A program made the position numbers and the translations under genes. A DNA stretch of 32,256 nucleotides, from positions 79,337-111,592 of IMG/VR virus record IMGVR_UViG_3300028585_000002. The stretch is one strand, 5' to 3'. Below are positions 23,501-30,690 of this stretch, in pieces. Every line of letters starts with the position of its first letter. Within the stretch, counting starts at the first letter, position 1. Below the pieces are notes generated by a model. The model had not been told where the DNA came from, did no database searches, and saw only the letters and a program-made list of their open reading frames with translations. The DNA is from a virus. Taxonomy: Duplodnaviria; Heunggongvirae; Uroviricota; Caudoviricetes.

Positions 23501-25546
23501 GTCCAGGCCTACGACATCTTCGGCAAGAACAGTCAGCTCGAGCTGGCGCCGACAGCGACCCACACCGTCACCGGCGAGGTGGCCGGCATCGACGTGGGCG
23601 GCGTCACCGGCGCGGGCTTCACCTGGGCCGGCCGCGACTGCAAGATCAACTGGCGATACAACTCGACCACGCACAGCTACGAGTTCGGCTCGGAGCCAAC
23701 CGGCGCGGACGCAGGCTCCCTGGACCCGCATTTTAAGGACTACGAGATCCGCGTCTACGACAAGGATCAAGCTGTCCTGCGCCGCACGGAATACACGACC
23801 GACAACAGCTACACGTACATCTACGACAAGAACTTCGCCGACGGCATCACGCGCCATCTGGTCTTTGAGATCCGCATGCGCGACAAGTTCAACAATCTGG
23901 GCAAGCCGGCCACGCTCGACGCCTATAATCCGCCGCCAACCGTGCTGTCGGTGGCTAGCACCTCGACGTTCGAATCGGCGACGGTGGCCTATACGCATTC
24001 GAACGACCCGGACTTCGCCGGCGCGTGCATCTGGCTGTCGGACAACCAGCACGACCTCGCGCTCGAGACGCCGCCGGCCGAGTTCCTTGTCTATGAAGGT
24101 CCGGATTCGGCCGTGCTGCTGCCGAACCTGATGTTCGCGCACGACTATTACTTCAAGGTGGCCCCGTTCGACGTGTTCGGCAAGACCGAGCTGCAGCCGT
24201 CGGCCGTGCTGCACTTCAAGACGACGAACCTGAACGTGGACGCGATCGCCGACGGCGTGCTGAAGGACTCGGTGCTGATCCCGGAGCTGCGCGAGCGCAT
24301 CAACCTGATCGACGCGCCAGAGACCACCATCGGCTCGGTGGCCCAGCGCCTCTTGGACCAGAAGAAGGCCAGCGACGCAGCGATTGCCGCCGAAGCATCG
24401 GCGCGCGCGACGGCGACCGAAGCGATTGCCACGACCCTGAACGCCGTGGCGGTCAAGACCGACAAGAACATGGCGGCGATCCAGGACGAGGCGACGGCGC
24501 GCACCACGGCCATCTCTGCCGAGGCAACGCGCCGCATGGAGCAGATCGCGCAGTACGATACGAATATCCGGTCGTATGTGCAGAGCTACACCTATAGCAA
24601 GGCATCGGCTGACTCGACAACGAATGCGGTCTACAACACCCTGCGCTCGGAATACGCCAGCGCCGACAACAACACGCTGCGCTCGGCCCAGTCATATGTG
24701 CAGAGCTACGGCTACACCAAGGCCGAGGCCAACAACGCGATCTCCTCGCAGGTCGGGCAAGTAACCGCACGCCTGAACAACGTCGGCGGCGTCACGGTCG
24801 AGCAAGCCTACAGCGCTCAGGCCAGCAGCATCAACGGTCTGTCGGGACAGTACACCGTCAAGATCGACAACAACGGCTACGTGTCCGGTTTCGGCCTGGC
24901 TTCGACCGCCCGCAATGGCGTGCCAACGTCTGAGTTCATCATCAACGCCGACAGCTTCGCTGTCGTGACCGGTGGAGGCGTCGAGCGCCCGTTCACCATC
25001 GGCAGCGTGAACGGTGTGACCCGCACCATCATCAAGTCCGCTTTGATCGGCGACGCCAGCATCACCAGCGCCAAGATTGGCGACGCCCAGATCAACAGCG
25101 CCAAGATCGGCGACGCCTCGGTCAGCACGCTCAAGATCGCCGGCAACGCGGTAACGTTCATGGCCACGGCCAGCGGCTCAACCTCGGCATCGGTGACGAT
25201 CGCGACGCAAGGCGGGCCAGTGTTCGTTGCCGGCACGGCCACGACCGAGACATACGACTCGGCTGGCGCCGGCGCCAACGACCTGAGCATTCGGATCAAC
25301 ATGTACCGCGACGGCTCCTTGATCAAGACCGCCAAGACGATGATCCGGATCGGCGCGCATGAGGGCGCTGAGATCGCCGTGTCGGCCGTCTTCATCGACT
25401 ACCCATCCGGCAGCCCCAACTCGCCGACGCAGCACACCTACAGATTTACCGCGACCAGCGATGGATACAGCGGCACCTCGGACGTGACGCCGATTGGCGG
25501 CACGTCCTACACGGTCAATGGAGCAGTTTTGGAGACGAGACGATGA
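20558..25546 (+). CDS. Tail tip / central fibre protein J with fused N-terminal gpI-like region
   Basis: N-terminal VVSING...VVCPVPTGGGGK plus Gly/Ala hydrophobic stretch (gpI-like); IPVAVNYG, YPNTALV, NPAWVVWDMLT, FSVANMIEGS, FN3-like segments; YTVKIDNNGYVSGFGL and ITSAKIGDA repeats. Start at ATG 20558, with 20603 as alternative. Confidence 0.92.
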   Translation: MQDKKQQKAARRGRPMIPVIRITNPFNPREFTREEIAWQRKKTLGAYFPLAEAAPVVVSINGKIIPNEKFGVTYLDKTDNIVVCPVPTGGGGKQILSIVAMIAVAVFAPYAAVAMGNAMGVAVGTVGSLTMAGAAMTAGVVAAGSLLVGSIFAPAKPTVSAGDTSTSYGADGAKNTSLEGIPVAVNYGQFRLAGNILGLYTENVADDNQILYMLLSAGEGPIASISDIQINDNPLEDYGTDVEIETRLGGAPQATIPWFNKVVVPQSKNAKLDTDWTYHTTTTPVDMLRLDFAAPSGLFKADTKSGKTNSYSVPLQAQYRPADGVSEWIEFLSDDVMSYSQARARTENGKTVWRDENDTQIVDENALTYLSNNTAGNIITGFGASLTVRVPVYSGAMSMTASKRSAVRRSFTSTKLASKKYEVRVRRTTEDSTEDVIVDDVYLTDVNEIVVQAMSYPNTALVALKIKLGSKISGAPAVTFMHGGRLIKAYGAQTYGAEPGWYTAASKNPAWVVWDMLTHQRYGGAMSTSRLDFPAFQEWAAYCDAQGYEWNGPIDSEMNVWDATQLVLRVGHSQLVNVGTRYTIVTEKPGNPVMMFSVANMIEGSYKETWLGTQDRANEIDVSFFDRTDNYKQRTLKVYDPAALTAGAKQRTSAITLYGVTDYETAYKEGQFQLNLNRHILRTAEFSAPLEAVACSVGDLIYVQHDMTEWAVGGRFASGSSASVAQLDRPIKMEAGKQYKLLATFDAIQRAAGSVLSVVGTSLFLGGFRGDAPVKRIQINGRDLRVAGTFDHGGGHGVIVEDATGISPGHTYTLWDTDVIEESNVVNEPGEGTTVTLQMPLSSAPVQFSNWMFGEVDKVKQAFRVRSVTGTHEYKRDITAIEYKPEVYDFSRYGTNVPTIPAKDGVIGPVRNLSLYEETYVTGSTVVSSVVASWSTPSAGNYAGASVYVQKNDGPMVKLIDAKNVSSAVIPAEKDDVIKVQVQAYDIFGKNSQLELAPTATHTVTGEVAGIDVGGVTGAGFTWAGRDCKINWRYNSTTHSYEFGSEPTGADAGSLDPHFKDYEIRVYDKDQAVLRRTEYTTDNSYTYIYDKNFADGITRHLVFEIRMRDKFNNLGKPATLDAYNPPPTVLSVASTSTFESATVAYTHSNDPDFAGACIWLSDNQHDLALETPPAEFLVYEGPDSAVLLPNLMFAHDYYFKVAPFDVFGKTELQPSAVLHFKTTNLNVDAIADGVLKDSVLIPELRERINLIDAPETTIGSVAQRLLDQKKASDAAIAAEASARATATEAIATTLNAVAVKTDKNMAAIQDEATARTTAISAEATRRMEQIAQYDTNIRSYVQSYTYSKASADSTTNAVYNTLRSEYASADNNTLRSAQSYVQSYGYTKAEANNAISSQVGQVTARLNNVGGVTVEQAYSAQASSINGLSGQYTVKIDNNGYVSGFGLASTARNGVPTSEFIINADSFAVVTGGGVERPFTIGSVNGVTRTIIKSALIGDASITSAKIGDAQINSAKIGDASVSTLKIAGNAVTFMATASGSTSASVTIATQGGPVFVAGTATTETYDSAGAGANDLSIRINMYRDGSLIKTAKTMIRIGAHEGAEIAVSAVFIDYPSGSPNSPTQHTYRFTATSDGYSGTSDVTPIGGTSYTVNGAVLETRR

Positions 25547-25938
25547 TTGGTTTTGTGATTTACAACGAAGCGGGAGCAATCCTGGAAGCGGGAGCAATCC
25601 CGGAGGCGCTGCTCGAGAGCCAAGCCGGCGAGGGTCGTTTTGTCCTGGCTGGCGAGGGCCACTGGGACACGCATTACGTGGTCGATGGGCAGCTGGCCGA
25701 GCGGCCGGTCATGCCTGTCGAAATGTCAGCAACCGAGGCGGCAGCGAACGCGACCGACGAGGTCGTGATCTCGGGCATCCCCGAAGGCGCCGCCGTCAAG
25801 GTCATCGGACGCGGCGGTGGGGAAGGCGTGGCCGACGGTGCGGCGCTGCACCTGACGTTCGCGCAGGCGGGCCGCTATCAGGTAATGGCGACCCTTTTCC
25901 CATACCAAGACTGGAAAGTGAGCATCCATGCGAATTGA
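25543..25938 (+). CDS. Hypothetical tail tip-associated protein
   Basis: 131 aa, ATGA overlap with J, GC3-biased; HYVVDGQLAERP motif seen in small genes following J. Confidence 0.7.
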   Translation: MIGFVIYNEAGAILEAGAIPEALLESQAGEGRFVLAGEGHWDTHYVVDGQLAERPVMPVEMSATEAAANATDEVVISGIPEGAAVKVIGRGGGEGVADGAALHLTFAQAGRYQVMATLFPYQDWKVSIHAN

Positions 25939-26341
25939 CGTACACCCGTTCAAGGACATCGCTGAAGCGCGCGAGTGGGCGCGGATCGAGATCGACAACG
26001 CTGCCGGCGCCGCGCGCACCCGCTACATCACCGTCACGGCTGGCCAGGACGCGACCTACCAAGCCAAGTACGCCGACGCCCTGGCCTTTGCGCGCGCCGG
26101 CTACCCGGAAGACCAGGTGGCCCAGTATCCGTGGGTTCAGACCGAGGCCCTGGCCACCGGGGTGACGCCGCGCGCTGCTGCCGACTCCATCAAGGCGGTG
26201 GGCGACCCTTGGAACATGGTGATCGGGCCGATGATCGAGGGCCTGCGCATCGGCGGCAAGACCAAGCTCGACACCCTGGCCACGATCGGGGCCATCGTCG
26301 CTCACACGCGGACGGTGCGCGCGGAGCTGGACCGAGCCTGA
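25928..26341 (+). CDS. Putative tail fibre assembly / chaperone-like protein
   Basis: 137 aa; IDNAAGAARTRYIT...GQDATYQAKYADA...YPWVQTEA pattern typical of small tail-associated helical proteins. Confidence 0.6.
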   Translation: MRIDVHPFKDIAEAREWARIEIDNAAGAARTRYITVTAGQDATYQAKYADALAFARAGYPEDQVAQYPWVQTEALATGVTPRAAADSIKAVGDPWNMVIGPMIEGLRIGGKTKLDTLATIGAIVAHTRTVRAELDRA

Positions 26342-26343
26342 CC

Positions 26344-26372
26344 TTATATGTAAGTCATGGATGACTTATGAT
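26344..26372 (+). promoter_or_regulatory. Operator copy 9 plus promoter for tail fibre gene
   Basis: TTATAT 26344-26349, 17 bp, TATGAT 26367-26372; operator TAAGTCAT-GG-ATGACTTA 26351-26368. Confidence 0.75.
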
Positions 26373-26404
26373 AGACTGCCGCCAACACACTTTTAGGTGA
26401 AGAA

Positions 26405-28513
26405 ATGCCACAGCTTAAGCAGACCTGTGCCGTCACGAACGGCAGCCAAATCGTTACGGTCAAAGGCGCCAACCTGTCGACCCGCGTCAAGAAGAACCAC
26501 GTCTTCATGCTGGAGGGCGCTCTGGTGCCCTACACGGTGGCGATGGATCCAACCTACGACGGCACCAACACCACCGTCACCCTGACCGGCGCGTACGTCG
26601 GCCCGACCGATCTGGCCGCCAAGGGCGTGTTCGCGGTTGACACGACCTACCCGGACATGATCCCGACGATCTCACAGGGCGACGTGGGCACGGCGGCAGT
26701 CTTCACTTACGCCATGTACCGCATCCAGGAGCTGATCCACGCGGTCGACCCGAGCGGCCTGGCGCAGTACGTCGACTATTGGAAGGACGTGAAGAAATGG
26801 AATGCTGACGTAAGTGCGTCCGAGCAGCACGTCGTCGCCCTGGAGGCCGCGGCCGAAGCGCACCGCGCCGACGCAGCCGCATCCAAGGCGGCAGCTGCAG
26901 CATCCGAGATGAAGGCCCTGGCCAGCGAGACGGCTGCCGACCAATCGTCCGACGCCGCCGCATTGTCCGAGCTGCACGCCGGCATGAGTCAGTACGCTGC
27001 CGCCGACAGTGAAGCAGCGGCCCTCGCCAGCCAGAATGCAGCTAAGGCATCGCAAGACGCTGCCGCCGGCAGCCAGGCGGCCGCACTCGCATCCCAGGAC
27101 GCCGCGAAGCTGTCCGAAACTGAGGCCAAAACGTCGGAAGGCGCCGCCCGCACCAGCGAGGGCAAGGCCCTGGCCAGCGAACGTGCGGCCGCCGCATCCC
27201 AGGCTGCAGCCCTGGTATCCGAAAAGGCAGCAGACGACTCCGAAGCTGCGGCACTGGCCAGCGAGCGCGCGGCGGCCACCTCGGAGCAGCATGCCAAGGC
27301 GTCCGAGACCGCGGCTGCTGCATCCCAGCGCGCAGCGGCCACGTCGGAGCAGAACGCCAGCGCCAGCGAGACCAATGCCGCCGAGTCGGAAGCGAACGCC
27401 CTGGCCTACAAGCTGGCAGCCGAGCAGGCCACGATCGACGCGCCGGCCGTCCACGCCGACCGCATTGCTGCCGACGCCGCTGCAGCGGCTGCCGCCGCGT
27501 CCGAGGCCGCTGCCCTGGCCAGCCAGGACGCCGCAAGCTCCAGCGAGCGCAATGCGAAAGCCAGCGAGGTCAGCGCGACCCAGTCCGAAGCGAATGCTTT
27601 GGCGAGCAAGCGAGACGCCCTGAAGTCCCGTACCGATGCGCAAGACGCCCGCGACCTGTCGCTGGAATACCGCAACACCACGAAGGGCTACCTGGACGCT
27701 GCGCGCGACGCCACGGTCAACGCGGTTCAGGTGCGTGACGACCGCCTGGCGGCAGACGCTTCGGCAGCGGCCGCACGCACATCCGAAGTCAACGCCTTGG
27801 CCAGCGAGCACAATGCCGCAGCCAGCGCCGACTTCGCTGACCAGCGAGCCACCACCTCGGACGAACGAGCGATCTTCGCCGACCAGCGCGCGCACGACGC
27901 GAATGCCAGCGCCACTGCTGCCGCATCGAGCGAAGCTGCCGCTCAGGTGTCCGAAGAAGCGGCGCTGGCCAGCCAGGTCGCTGCTGAGCTTTCGCAGGGC
28001 GCCGCAAGCCAGTCCGAGAACGCTGCCGCCGAATCGGCGCGCCAGGCCAAGGCCAGCGAGATCGCGGCAGCGGCAAGTGAGCGCGCGGCAACCGCATCCG
28101 AGATCGGCGCCGCCGCATCGCAGGTCGCCGCCAAGGCAGCAGAGAACAAGTCCGACGCCTGGGCGAACACGGAGCAGGGCGTCGAGGTCGAACCCGGCCA
28201 GTATTCGGCAAAGCACTGGGCGCAGACCGCCGGCGCGCTCGCTGGTGGTGCGATGGCCTACATCGGCGTGTGGGACGCATCGGACGGCAAGTACCCACCG
28301 ACGCCGGCCAAGGGCCACTTCTACAAGATCAGCAAGGCTGGCCTGATCGACGGCACCGAGTACCAGGCGCTGGACATGATCATCTTCAGCGGCACGAGCT
28401 GGGACAAGATCGACAACACCGAGAACGAGTCGGCCCAGGCGATCGCGGACCTTGAGACGCGCATGATGGCGCAGCTGCGCGTGGTCAAAGCACTGGCAAT
28501 TCTGGGGCTTTGA
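26405..28513 (+). CDS. Side tail fibre-like protein with long Ala/Ser/Glu-rich coiled-coil repeats
   Basis: 702 aa; about aa 145-580 made of AAASE.AA..SE.NA repeats as in Stf-like fibres; KSDAWA...GQYSAKHWA and YIGVWDAS...YKIS motifs near the C-terminus. Confidence 0.8.
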   Translation: MPQLKQTCAVTNGSQIVTVKGANLSTRVKKNHVFMLEGALVPYTVAMDPTYDGTNTTVTLTGAYVGPTDLAAKGVFAVDTTYPDMIPTISQGDVGTAAVFTYAMYRIQELIHAVDPSGLAQYVDYWKDVKKWNADVSASEQHVVALEAAAEAHRADAAASKAAAAASEMKALASETAADQSSDAAALSELHAGMSQYAAADSEAAALASQNAAKASQDAAAGSQAAALASQDAAKLSETEAKTSEGAARTSEGKALASERAAAASQAAALVSEKAADDSEAAALASERAAATSEQHAKASETAAAASQRAAATSEQNASASETNAAESEANALAYKLAAEQATIDAPAVHADRIAADAAAAAAAASEAAALASQDAASSSERNAKASEVSATQSEANALASKRDALKSRTDAQDARDLSLEYRNTTKGYLDAARDATVNAVQVRDDRLAADASAAAARTSEVNALASEHNAAASADFADQRATTSDERAIFADQRAHDANASATAAASSEAAAQVSEEAALASQVAAELSQGAASQSENAAAESARQAKASEIAAAASERAATASEIGAAASQVAAKAAENKSDAWANTEQGVEVEPGQYSAKHWAQTAGALAGGAMAYIGVWDASDGKYPPTPAKGHFYKISKAGLIDGTEYQALDMIIFSGTSWDKIDNTENESAQAIADLETRMMAQLRVVKALAILGL

Positions 28514-28514
28514 A

Positions 28515-28558
28515 TAAGTCACCAGTGACTTGACTAGGGATATGGAATCCTATACCAT
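28515..28558 (+). promoter_or_regulatory. Operator copy 10 plus promoter for the distal fibre module
   Basis: TAAGTCACCAGTGACTTG 28515-28532; TTGACT 28530-28535, 17 bp, TACCAT 28553-28558. Confidence 0.85.
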
Positions 28559-28581
28559 CCTGGCAATTACTGGAGATTTCT

Positions 28582-28896
28582 ATGAGCGGCCTGTTTGATA
28601 GTGACTTGGTTTTGAGTGTCGGCGCCACGCCGACGCTGATCTACCAGCCCGAAACCGACGGCGTCGCCATGTCCTGCCTTCTGACCAACAGCCACTTTGC
28701 AACGCTGCCGCTGACCGTCTGGATCGACCGCGCTGGCGCGACCGTGAGCCTCCCCGGCAAGCGCGTCGATGCCGGCGAGGGTGTCGACATCCTCATGGGA
28801 AGCAAGGTCGCGCTCAAGGCTGGCGACAAGGTCTTTGCGCAGTGCCCTCTGGCCGGCGCCTTCTCCGGTGTTCTTTCTGCCTACAAGGATCAGTAA
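28582..28896 (+). CDS. Small beta-rich virion structural / fibre adaptor protein
   Basis: 104 aa, GGAG RBS; TLIYQP...LTN...LTVWI...GSKVALKAGDKVFA pattern recalls small proteins that follow fibre genes in many phages. Confidence 0.6.
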   Translation: MSGLFDSDLVLSVGATPTLIYQPETDGVAMSCLLTNSHFATLPLTVWIDRAGATVSLPGKRVDAGEGVDILMGSKVALKAGDKVFAQCPLAGAFSGVLSAYKDQ

Positions 28897-28899
28897 CGA

Positions 28900-29160
28900 A
28901 TGACTGATAAATTGGAAGCCAATCGCGGAGGGGTTCAACTTCCTTCGAATATCCCAACGGATGCCTTTTACGGCTTCCGCCTTAACCCAAGCACCGGCCA
29001 CCTGGACGTGGAAGTCATTGCTAACGGCAATGGCGTCGTCCGGCTGCCGAATGACGAGATCCTGGATCCGCTCGACTACAAACAGTGGCTTTGGACCACG
29101 TTGAGCCTCCATTTCGCCTTTAACCCCACCAATGGACACCTGGAGATGACGGCGTTATGA
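28900..29160 (+). CDS. Hypothetical fibre-module protein, 86 aa
   Basis: FYGFRLNPSTGHL and internal repeat FAFNPTNGHL; ATGA overlap with the next gene. Confidence 0.65.
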   Translation: MTDKLEANRGGVQLPSNIPTDAFYGFRLNPSTGHLDVEVIANGNGVVRLPNDEILDPLDYKQWLWTTLSLHFAFNPTNGHLEMTAL

Positions 29161-30689
29161 CGCAAATTATCGACCTCGGCAAGCTGCGCTTCCACTTCGC
29201 GCCAGTTTGGCTTGCGGACACTGTTTACGAAATGAACGACTGCGTTCGTTACGGCGGCAATGTCTACTGTTACACCTACGCCCTGAAAGAGGCTGGCACC
29301 CTGCCGACTGACACGACCCACTGGGCGCTGATGGTCGAGGGTTTCAGCTTCCAAGGCACGTTCGACCCAACGGCTTCGTACCGTATTGGCCAGGCCGTCG
29401 CCCACGGCGCGAAGATGTATGTCTCGATCAAGGACAGCACTGGCGTGATCCCGCCGGACGCCGACCACTGGAACCTGCTGGTCGACGGCGTTCAGTTCGA
29501 AGGCGAATACGCCCCGGAAAAGCACTACCAGCGTAACGACATCGTGACCTACGGCGGGCAGGCCTATATCGCCAAGTTCGACACGACCAACAATCTGCCT
29601 ACCGACCCAACCTACTTCGACAAGCTGGTCTCCGGCGTGTCGTCGCGCGGTGTCTATAACGATGCGACCGCCTACAAGCCGGGCGAGGTCGTGGCATACG
29701 GTGCGCACCTGTACATCAACATCCACGAGTCCATTGGCGTGCTGCCGACGAACGGCGACAGCTGGACCCGCTTCCAGGCCGGCGTAAAGCATGCCGGCAT
29801 CTGGGCCGACGCGAACAAGTACCTCATCGGCGAAATCGTAAGCTATGGCGCCGGCCTGTACCGCGCCAAGAGCGACGTGCCCCTCGGTACGAAACCAACC
29901 GTCGCGGCCTACTGGGACGTGTGGATGACCGGCACGTCGTACCTGGGGCTGTGGAGCGATAAGGCGACCTACAAGCCGAACGACTTCGTGACTGAAGGCA
30001 GCACGCTCTATCGCGCCAAGCGCGATGTCGCGGCCGGAACCCTCACCACGAATGCGACCTACTGGGAAGTCACCACGACCGGCACGAATTATCGCGGCGA
30101 CTGGAGCGCGAATACTCTGTGGTTCAAGAACGACATTGTGAATCGCGGCGGCCAGAGCTTCATTGCTGCCTCGCGCCATGCTGGTGGCCAGACCTTCGCT
30201 GCTGATCTGGCCGATGGCAAATGGGTTCGCTATACGGGCGGCATTCGTTGGCGCGGCGGCTACGCGGCAGCTACCGAATACGTTCAAGGCGACCTGGTCA
30301 CGGATGGCGTCAGCACCTTCCTCGCGACCTCGGAATTTACCTCGTCCGGCAATCTGATTGACGATGGTGACAAGTGGGTCATGTACGCACGCGGTCAGGC
30401 TGCCCCTTTGCCGCTGACGCTGCAAAAAGCTGCTTTTGCCGCCGTTCGAGATGGCGAGTATTTGATCGACACCAGCCTTGGTTCTTTCAACATCACTTTG
30501 CCCGCCGCGCCATCCGCTGGCGACAAGATCACCTTCATCGACGCGACGGACTCGTTTGTGCGCAACCCTCCGGTCCTGCTGCGCAACGGCAAAAACATCG
30601 AAAACAGCGCCGATGATCTGCAACTGAATCGTAGCGTGCGAATCACCGCAATCTACACCTCTCCAACTCAAGGATGGAAGCTCTACTGA
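29157..30689 (+). CDS. Fibre protein with eight CBM5/12 (ChtBD3)-like repeats and a C-terminal T4 fibre-like domain
   Basis: Eight repeats of about 49-53 aa, G.(W/Y/F).....Y...D.V.YGG..Y..........P.....W (aa ~11-413), then IDTSLGSFNITLPAAPSAGDKITFIDA...NGKNIENSADDLQLN. Confidence 0.75.
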   Translation: MTQIIDLGKLRFHFAPVWLADTVYEMNDCVRYGGNVYCYTYALKEAGTLPTDTTHWALMVEGFSFQGTFDPTASYRIGQAVAHGAKMYVSIKDSTGVIPPDADHWNLLVDGVQFEGEYAPEKHYQRNDIVTYGGQAYIAKFDTTNNLPTDPTYFDKLVSGVSSRGVYNDATAYKPGEVVAYGAHLYINIHESIGVLPTNGDSWTRFQAGVKHAGIWADANKYLIGEIVSYGAGLYRAKSDVPLGTKPTVAAYWDVWMTGTSYLGLWSDKATYKPNDFVTEGSTLYRAKRDVAAGTLTTNATYWEVTTTGTNYRGDWSANTLWFKNDIVNRGGQSFIAASRHAGGQTFAADLADGKWVRYTGGIRWRGGYAAATEYVQGDLVTDGVSTFLATSEFTSSGNLIDDGDKWVMYARGQAAPLPLTLQKAAFAAVRDGEYLIDTSLGSFNITLPAAPSAGDKITFIDATDSFVRNPPVLLRNGKNIENSADDLQLNRSVRITAIYTSPTQGWKLY

Positions 30690-30690
30690 T

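Noticed and set aside
24571-25140. Internal repeats in gpJ (SYVQSYTYSKA / SYVQSYGYTKA; ITSAKIGDA x2)
   Set aside because: Common coiled-coil and beta-helix repeats of J-type tail proteins.
25567-25600. 18-bp-period tandem duplication GAAGCGGGAGCAATCC x2 (EAGAIL-EAGAIP)
   Set aside because: An in-frame two-copy microduplication with no evidence of phase variation or function.
26830-28150. Ala-rich low-complexity repeats in the fibre stalk
   Set aside because: Ordinary Stf-like coiled-coil repeats; degenerate at DNA level, so not a VNTR or DGR.
184-28532. CRISPR array or IS/MITE interpretation of the repeated palindrome
   Set aside because: Copies are single, kilobases apart, with no spacers, cas genes, transposase or target-site duplications, and they sit in register with promoter boxes.
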